64,000 bases of DNA from the IMG/VR virus record IMGVR_UViG_3300027777_000031, positions 25,864 to 89,863 of that record; one strand, written 5' to 3'. The position numbers and the translations under genes are program-made. Below, piece after piece: positions 58,301-64,000 of this stretch. Source of the DNA: a virus. Each line of letters starts with the position of its first letter. The stretch's first letter is position 1. Under the pieces are notes generated by a model that saw nothing but the letters and a program-made list of their open reading frames with translations, was not told the origin of the DNA and did not search any database.

Positions 58301-58371
58301 TTTACTTTACTCGGAAACTTAACCCCGTCACTAACCAATGCGTTATATAATTGTACTATATGTGTTTTCAT
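55369..58371 (-). CDS. Large hypothetical protein, probable virion/internal protein
   Basis: 1000 aa with internal INE/IKE/LTE-rich helical tags. Confidence 0.7.
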   Translation of the reverse strand: MKTHIVQLYNALVSDGVKFPSKVKDSDSFEKQYFLSENTTNNFYDWLHKTKFQKGPNKGKVVYFPKDKKRFYEVYVCDLNWAKDLKICGGTGGNQQEDPINWDTITDAELLRRIKTGGEEFWKKIKRGIPSLIKKGGKWIYNTKEDLEAWWEKHKNDSIIQPPKPPHTDDTDEIPTSTEWLTDPTGSKMYVYQVSKNCKWLAKRVKTGRIFNISDNPKYDSSVQILNKAYADLVKDCNPSTTDTSTASTVNTTVDTDTTPANLPEWAVCIKIIKNLKLSQDSDGKEIVIAAFGNDLGFFWEDFTFLYVSKDGTKVYGKWSCKNNSLVITTEDGQVWTASSGWVTSPDKTRKPEQNFFGSSWTTPDELSGTNKPEISFKPEVKKSSPFSELSNKKFPEIKGFDINKPLNLNQNESAMDALERVINEVNNFIIEQTQETQEVVMAPADELNALQTNPILKNTGTLETLCRTKNQTSKPVVVEGGKVYFAGKSFKLKDGSTAYLTYNGTILVRQGDSCEFKYLRDNKGVISHIKGIPFEDIAPQQTEILRLFGINPLDYNSDPYYQIRTLTDRFQDLINTKKARSMVFKSWNDMLTYWDPNRTKLLPVNETSMTYPPNDELDQYNTVTADALGLTYMDKQIKIFIPRGERLTNDFKGAKYDPAKCRADLVAYLSAAFEFEKQGTANNSLNSNAVRKGLQGCYRSGVFDKMSPITATDIDVQFTDKDNPFTGLRGFGSDLDIKDVQKLLTGEHFKLPKVGPSGKNPFLPLTLDTRQMNESKVKLTNLIKENLQKLSEQKTNNLLAETRIIQTRTKILTENRILKFKQPREKFFNEIISEAMYLNSQGFDKQLIKEEFWESLKGLFGEHGSNAIFSTFKEYMGKHLVDKLTSINPNGWMGEKIKKAINDIHIEDLDKIVDCDFIAKKISSSMSDAIISKVSKNQDIENNDISSIVKDGLDKSIDRTELTKNIHKGVHKLICPVLGNISNKLKDKAQEMKTKAVQP

Positions 58372-58381
58372 ATTATTTTAA

Positions 58382-60196
58382 TTATTGTGGAATTCCACCA
58401 TTTAAAGTATCATTATTAATTGGATTTGTACCTCCATCAGGAATAACATTTCCATCATCTTCTGTTTCACCTCCCGGAGCAACATTTCCTCCACTATTAT
58501 CAGGTGATGTACCACTACCGTTATTTTTGTGTCTATTTTTCAACATTTCAACCGCTTCATCTGCACTTTTCGCAGTCCTTAAAACTTCCTGTATTTCTTC
58601 CGCACTATAACCTTCATCTTTCAATAATTGTTCTATATATGGAGGAAGTTTTAATCGGTTGAGCCCTTGTTCGGTTGTATCAAAGTAATCCAATATTTTA
58701 AAAAATCCTGGTTTATGTAACGATAATCCCATAATAAAACTTTTAAATGTTACTTCACCATTATTATTTTCATATTCAGAAACAAATTCTTCACCAAAGG
58801 CGGCAGCCATTGCTGTTTTAAAATCATCATAAACTGTCCCCTCGTGTTCAGTAAAACGTAATAGAACTAGATTTTGAACAACATCATATAACGCCAAAGT
58901 TGCGGGAATTCCAACGTGTTCCGCCACCCATAAGTGCCATAATAAAGTTAAAACACCTTTAGCCCTATTAGTTCTAAACCAATATGGTGAGAACTCACCC
59001 TTACCAGTAACCAAACCTAATCTTTTAGGTGACGCTGATGCTATCCAACCACCAAGTCTATCAACCAATTCTATTAAATCGTCACCCACTGTTTTATTTC
59101 TATAACTTTTTAAAGTAATTAATCTAGCAATTGCGTTAATTGTTTGTTGACTCGCAGTCATATTTAAAAATTTCCACCAATAACTTTTTTCTAATATTGA
59201 ACCTTTTCTAAAAGGGTCAGATTCTTTTAATTTTTCCATTATTTCCGGAACTTTAGAACGAATTTCGGAATCATCAACAGTCAATAAAGTCTTTTCTATT
59301 TGTTCATATAATGTATCTAAAGCCGTTTGATTTTCTTCATTTTTAACTAAAATTCTATGAATTTTTTGTGCAGTATTTCGTAATTCCCGTTCAATTAATT
59401 CAGCGTTTGATTGTGTTAAATCCCCGGTTATTTTTTTACCGGTTCTCACTAAATCATTATAAATACTTTGAATAAAATTTTCTTCACCTAAAGCTTGTTC
59501 TTCAAAATAAACCCAACTTCTATTTATATTTTTTCTAACAGTATTAAAAAGTGTTCTATTTGTTGCAAATCTTTTACGAAGCCAAGACAAATCCTCTGAC
59601 GCGTCATTTTTTTTAACTTTAACATTTTTAAGTTTAGAGGCAAGGTTGTCAGATACATTTGCCGGAGGTTTAGGGATTTCCTCCTCAAACGCGTTTTTTT
59701 CAAAATCTCTAAGTTTTTTATATATTTTTTGTGATAATAAATTAGGTATAAATACATCGGAATCTCCTGACATATCCATAAGAATCTTAGACAAAGGTTC
59801 ACCAGAATTACGAGACTCAAGAATTTTACGATAAATATCTGTTTCACTAAGACCCAAATCTCTTGTCATTTTTTTAAATATTGATTTATAAGCATCATCC
59901 ACATATTCAGGAGATTGCGCTGCGATTTTTGCCATTATTATTTTTAAGTCGTTAGACAACGTATCAAATAATGAGGGGTCATTTAGTACATCTTTAATTT
60001 TTCTTAATGCGGTAGTTGAGACTCTTTGGGTCCCAACCTCAACTTCATTAGCGATATTTGCAATTCTTTTTTCATTTGATATTATAAAGTCTTGTAATAT
60101 TTCACGTAAATTATCAAATATCGTATTTTCGGTTAATAATTTACTGAACCCCATAAGTTCTCTGTTTCTATTTATCTCAGTAATTAATTCTTTCAT
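58382..60196 (-). CDS. Hypothetical protein with hydrophobic segment, probable virion/internal protein
   Basis: N-terminus MKELITEINRNRELMG..LLTE. Confidence 0.7.
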   Translation of the reverse strand: MKELITEINRNRELMGFSKLLTENTIFDNLREILQDFIISNEKRIANIANEVEVGTQRVSTTALRKIKDVLNDPSLFDTLSNDLKIIMAKIAAQSPEYVDDAYKSIFKKMTRDLGLSETDIYRKILESRNSGEPLSKILMDMSGDSDVFIPNLLSQKIYKKLRDFEKNAFEEEIPKPPANVSDNLASKLKNVKVKKNDASEDLSWLRKRFATNRTLFNTVRKNINRSWVYFEEQALGEENFIQSIYNDLVRTGKKITGDLTQSNAELIERELRNTAQKIHRILVKNEENQTALDTLYEQIEKTLLTVDDSEIRSKVPEIMEKLKESDPFRKGSILEKSYWWKFLNMTASQQTINAIARLITLKSYRNKTVGDDLIELVDRLGGWIASASPKRLGLVTGKGEFSPYWFRTNRAKGVLTLLWHLWVAEHVGIPATLALYDVVQNLVLLRFTEHEGTVYDDFKTAMAAAFGEEFVSEYENNNGEVTFKSFIMGLSLHKPGFFKILDYFDTTEQGLNRLKLPPYIEQLLKDEGYSAEEIQEVLRTAKSADEAVEMLKNRHKNNGSGTSPDNSGGNVAPGGETEDDGNVIPDGGTNPINNDTLNGGIPQ

Positions 60197-60240
60197 TTTT
60201 TTATTGTTTTATTTATAAATATATTATAATTTTATTTAAA

Positions 60241-61896
60241 TTAAATCTTAACCCATTCTACACCATTAATAAGTCTTGAATCAATTACTTGGTCGTCTTT
60301 TATTTCAGGAGTTCTTTTAATCCAACCATCTTTATTTAACGATTGTTCTATATCTTTTTCACTCAAATCTTTCCATTTTGTGCCGGTAGATTCCACTGCG
60401 GATTTAACTTTTGAATAATACCATTTACCAATATTTTTAACAAATTTATCTTCTTTTTTATTAATTATTTCTTTAAATTCTGTAGAATTAATTATTTCTT
60501 TAATATTAGTAGGGTTACTAACTAAATTATATGTTAATTCTTTTTGTAATTCTTCAGGTATGACTTGATAAACTTGTTTAATTTTTTGTTTTTCCTCATT
60601 ATTTAATGTTTCACCAAAAAAATGTTCAATAATCATATTAGCAGCGATTAAAGGTCCGTGAGCCATAGATAATTCTCTAACCCATAATTTTTCAAATGCC
60701 GATAATTTAACAAACATATCAGGATGTTTTTTTAATAATTTCTCAGCACCTTTTGTAATTAACTTAGGTAATTCAGCATCCAATTCAGTTTTTAGTGATT
60801 TCCACATAACTTCTTGAGTATACTTGTCTTGGGATAACATTTGAGACACAATTTTTTTACCATCCTCAGATAACGTACCATAAAATTTAACATAATCCCT
60901 AACTGTTGATGATTTGTTTAATCCGGATGCCAACATTTTTTCTGAAACCTCCGCAAAAGCCACTTTATTAATCCCTTTAAACCAATTCCTGGTTTTTAAT
61001 AAAGGTAATGCTGCAAAAATTATTGACGCTACGGCAGATACATTATTACCTTTTTCATATTCACGCCAAGCAACCTGACCACCTATACCTGCCTCATATA
61101 ACAATTCTATTAATAATGTGGTACTAATACCCCAAGTTGTCCCAAAAGTGAAGAAACCTGCAATGATTGAAACTACAACACCCCCCAATTGAAGCCACAT
61201 TCCCCATTCATCTATAAATTGTTGCCAATCATTTCGTTTATCGACCCATTTTGGTGGTGTATATGGTTTTTTAGTTTCTCTATTTCGATAATAACCAAAT
61301 TTCCAAATACTTGAATCATTTTTTCGTGTAATATACCCACTATAATAATCATTACCGATGTAAAACCCCTCAACAGCACCAATAGGTAATATTTTAGATA
61401 AATTACTAATTGTTTGTTCTTTATCTATTTTAGGGTATTTTTTAATTAAAAAATCAACAAATCTACTAATTTCAGGCACGTCCCAAAACACAATTTTACT
61501 ATCTTCCGGAATTGGGAGACTTTCAATTGAACCTGGTTTTTCAGTTGATGGTGATGAATAATAACAAAATCTTTTTCCGGATTTAGGGTCTGTTAAAATA
61601 GAATCATTACCTTCAGCACCTTCAGGATTTTTTGGGATTGCAACAGCTTTATCAGGATATCTACACCAATTAGGGTATTTATTCAATTCTTCTTCAGCAT
61701 CTTGAGCTGCTTTTTGTCGGTCAAGTTCTTTTTGACCTTGATTTAAAATATCTTTAGTTTCAGGATTGTCAAATCTTGAATCAGGTTGTTCAAGTATAGT
61801 TTGAGTATTTTCATTTAAAGTTTTAGACATATCATAACTCATTAATAGTTTAACTCTATTAACAAGTAATTCGCCTTCATTTAATTGATTTTTCAT
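60241..61896 (-). CDS. Hypothetical protein with TM hairpin, probable virion/ejection protein
   Basis: N-terminal LNE tag; LQLGGVVVSIIAGFFTFG hydrophobic hairpin. Confidence 0.7.
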   Translation of the reverse strand: MKNQLNEGELLVNRVKLLMSYDMSKTLNENTQTILEQPDSRFDNPETKDILNQGQKELDRQKAAQDAEEELNKYPNWCRYPDKAVAIPKNPEGAEGNDSILTDPKSGKRFCYYSSPSTEKPGSIESLPIPEDSKIVFWDVPEISRFVDFLIKKYPKIDKEQTISNLSKILPIGAVEGFYIGNDYYSGYITRKNDSSIWKFGYYRNRETKKPYTPPKWVDKRNDWQQFIDEWGMWLQLGGVVVSIIAGFFTFGTTWGISTTLLIELLYEAGIGGQVAWREYEKGNNVSAVASIIFAALPLLKTRNWFKGINKVAFAEVSEKMLASGLNKSSTVRDYVKFYGTLSEDGKKIVSQMLSQDKYTQEVMWKSLKTELDAELPKLITKGAEKLLKKHPDMFVKLSAFEKLWVRELSMAHGPLIAANMIIEHFFGETLNNEEKQKIKQVYQVIPEELQKELTYNLVSNPTNIKEIINSTEFKEIINKKEDKFVKNIGKWYYSKVKSAVESTGTKWKDLSEKDIEQSLNKDGWIKRTPEIKDDQVIDSRLINGVEWVKI

Positions 61897-61964
61897 AAAA
61901 TGTTTTACAATAAATAGTTTGGTTTATATTAAAATAAACCATATCTTTGTAAAAAAAAATAGAT

Positions 61965-62297
61965 ATGAGATATAATATTAATGATAGGGTTGTTGTAGTT
62001 AGTAGTAATGAAAATAAAATAATTTTAGATTGTGAAATTATTTTAGGAACTGAGATTTATTATATGACAGATAAAACATCATATAGTGTATCACAATTGA
62101 CAGATTATTATGAATTTAGTGATAACAATGAAGAATTACTTAAAGAAATAATTAATTCTCCAGGTTTAAAAGAAATAACTGATTCTAAAATTGAAGAATT
62201 TGCAAATAATGCGGTTAAATGGTATGAGGATAATTCCACAACACCTAATAAACAAGAAATTAAACCCAAAAAATGGTTTAATTGGTTTAATTTTTAA
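61965..62297 (+). CDS. Hypothetical protein
   Basis: Promoter TATCTTTG at 61942-61949. Confidence 0.65.
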   Translation: MRYNINDRVVVVSSNENKIILDCEIILGTEIYYMTDKTSYSVSQLTDYYEFSDNNEELLKEIINSPGLKEITDSKIEEFANNAVKWYEDNSTTPNKQEIKPKKWFNWFNF

Positions 62298-62298
62298 T

Positions 62299-62559
62299 TT
62301 AAGGAACCGGGTTTGCGTGACCACGAGTTAGTTTTCCACCCCACTTTTCACCTGAAAGACCCAACATATTTGCTGGTCCTCTGTTAAGTCCGGTTTCCCA
62401 TTTTCTACCTCGAGCATTTGTGTTTCCACCACCTCCACCGCTACTAGACGCTGTTGAGGAAGCTGCCGGGGATGCACCCTCTTCTTCATCCAATTCACCA
62501 CTAGTTTTTGGTGTATATTCCTTCATTAAGGAAATTATATAATCAATATCTGTTCTCAT
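62299..62559 (-). CDS. Hypothetical protein
   Basis: Start MRTDIDYII; W....RG.AN motif occurs twice. Confidence 0.6.
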   Translation of the reverse strand: MRTDIDYIISLMKEYTPKTSGELDEEEGASPAASSTASSSGGGGGNTNARGRKWETGLNRGPANMLGLSGEKWGGKLTRGHANPVP

Positions 62560-62620
62560 AATAGATAAATATTTTGGTATTAGATAAAAAAGTCGTATAT
62601 TTGTAAAAAAATAAAATACT

Positions 62621-63127
62621 ATGAAGAAATTACTTTTATTGTTGTTGGTTTTTTTAACCTTAATTTCTTGTGAAAGATACCAAGAACCATCCTCATTATC
62701 TTTAAGTGGTGAATATGTGATTGATAAGATTACAATGTTAAGTACAGAGAACACAACCACTACCAATGGAACAATATTTGAGATGGGAACACATTATGTT
62801 AATCCATACGATATCTTACCAATGGACGACATTTGGGTTGGATTTTCTAGATGGCATTTTGATTATAGTGTTATCTCACTTTACCCGGTTAATGATGCAA
62901 ACGGAACCACGCATTGGCAAAGACAGTATTTTTATACAGTTATAAGAAACTATAATGTATATGACTTGGGTTATATTCAATTTTATGTAAACGGGTCTGT
63001 TAGGACATTCAAAATCCTTGATGATGGATTGGAAAGTTTAACCCTTCAAACCACCGGATTGTATCCTTATGCAAATGTAGGACCAAATCAAATTGTTACC
63101 TTACATTTAACTCGTGTAGGACCATAA
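62621..63127 (+). CDS. Lipoprotein
   Basis: MKKLLLLLLVFLTLIS-C lipobox; promoter TATATTTG at 62596-62603. Confidence 0.75.
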   Translation: MKKLLLLLLVFLTLISCERYQEPSSLSLSGEYVIDKITMLSTENTTTTNGTIFEMGTHYVNPYDILPMDDIWVGFSRWHFDYSVISLYPVNDANGTTHWQRQYFYTVIRNYNVYDLGYIQFYVNGSVRTFKILDDGLESLTLQTTGLYPYANVGPNQIVTLHLTRVGP

Positions 63128-63159
63128 AAAAACCCCTCTTAACGGAGGGGTTTAATTTT

Positions 63160-63462
63160 TTAGTATAGTTGGGTTTCAGGTAATCTATCCGGATAAATCA
63201 AATAATATTCATTTAGGAATGATATTATTTCTTCTTCGTCCAATTCTGTATCATCATCGTCAAATATATCTTCAAATTCTTCATCGTCAAAAAAATCTGA
63301 TGTTGATTCTTCTAATAAATTATAACCAAATGTTTTTGTTTCTGATAAATCAATTTGGTCAGTTCTAATTTCGTCGTCATTATCTATATGAATTCTAAAA
63401 GTAACATCTAAAGTTTGGGATGCTTCATTTATATAAAACGACTCTAACTCTTTAATTTCCAT
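63160..63462 (-). CDS. Acidic hypothetical protein
   Basis: 100 aa ORF. Confidence 0.65.
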   Translation of the reverse strand: MEIKELESFYINEASQTLDVTFRIHIDNDDEIRTDQIDLSETKTFGYNLLEESTSDFFDDEEFEDIFDDDDTELDEEEIISFLNEYYLIYPDRLPETQLY

Positions 63463-63468
63463 TGTATT

Positions 63469-63741
63469 CTATTTTTCTTTGTCAAATGCGTTGTGGAATT
63501 TTCCAAATCGCTTATACATATTTCTTTTTGAAACTTCACCTTTCCATCCTAAAAATTCAGATGTTGGTTCAAAATTTTTAAAATGTTTTGGGTGTTTTTT
63601 AACGTGCGGATGTAAATTGTGTAATTCTTCATCAGACATATTAGCAAAATCTAACCTATCCTCTTCCATTTCTTGTTCTTTAATGACACGCTTAATTATG
63701 TTCATTAAATCACTTTCTTTTAATCTAACTATTTTTTTCAT
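63469..63741 (-). CDS. Hypothetical protein with N-terminal tag
   Basis: MKKIVRLKESDLMNIIKRVIKEQ. Confidence 0.65.
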   Translation of the reverse strand: MKKIVRLKESDLMNIIKRVIKEQEMEEDRLDFANMSDEELHNLHPHVKKHPKHFKNFEPTSEFLGWKGEVSKRNMYKRFGKFHNAFDKEK

Positions 63742-63742
63742 A

Positions 63743-63985
63743 TTAGTTATATTTTGTAAATCTTTTAAACATATCTAATGATTCTCTTATATCATCAAAT
63801 AACCCCTCAACTTCTTCATCATCAATATCATTTTCATCGTCAAACATTCTATCGTCCACATTAAATTCTAAAGTATCATCTTCGTCATCATATTCATCAT
63901 ATTCAGGACTAACAAGAATTTCATCTTCTTCATCTTCGTGTCCGAATACCCCGTGTTCTAAATCATCAGGACCATCACCAATCAT
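63743..63985 (-). CDS. C-terminal part of an acidic protein, probably starting beyond the window
   Basis: Ends IRESLDMFKRF. Confidence 0.55.
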   Translation of the reverse strand: MIGDGPDDLEHGVFGHEDEEDEILVSPEYDEYDDEDDTLEFNVDDRMFDDENDIDDEEVEGLFDDIRESLDMFKRFTKYN

Positions 63986-64000
63986 ATCTAATTGTTCCCC

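Noticed and set aside
612-63985. Stop-codon recoding or suppressor tRNAs
   Set aside because: Core genes are intact in the standard code and no CTA, TCA or TTA anticodon was found

Overview
AT-rich segment of a large T4-like (myovirus-type) phage genome. The host is probably in Bacteroidota: TAnnTTTG -7 promoters recur, and the phage carries bS21 and Bacteroidota-style lipoproteins. 0.6-17 kb is the head module (major capsid, scaffold, prohead protease, portal, large terminase) with ribosomal protein bS21 inserted on the opposite strand. 17-32 kb holds a ClpC-like ATPase, peptidases and putative packaged wall-acting proteins, tmRNA plus SmpB, a ~0.87 kb GOLLD-like RNA, and a cluster of permuted or aberrant tRNA-like RNAs. 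33-39 kb encodes tail fibre/adhesin proteins and 39-44 kb an RNA-repair island. 45-54.3 kb holds 26 minus-strand tRNAs covering all 20 amino acids, in two arrays interleaved with small structured RNAs, HNH genes and a putative R-M pair. 55-64 kb encodes large probable virion proteins. Main new observation: each tRNA array is preceded by an unannotated short leader ORF followed by an intrinsic terminator with an antiterminator pairing. Each leader's codons match the tRNA set of its own array, down to isoacceptor level (CGT/ATT versus AGA/ATA). This suggests ribosome-stalling attenuators that switch on replacement tRNAs when those tRNAs are depleted. All calls come from reading the sequence by eye; no searches or folding programs were run.
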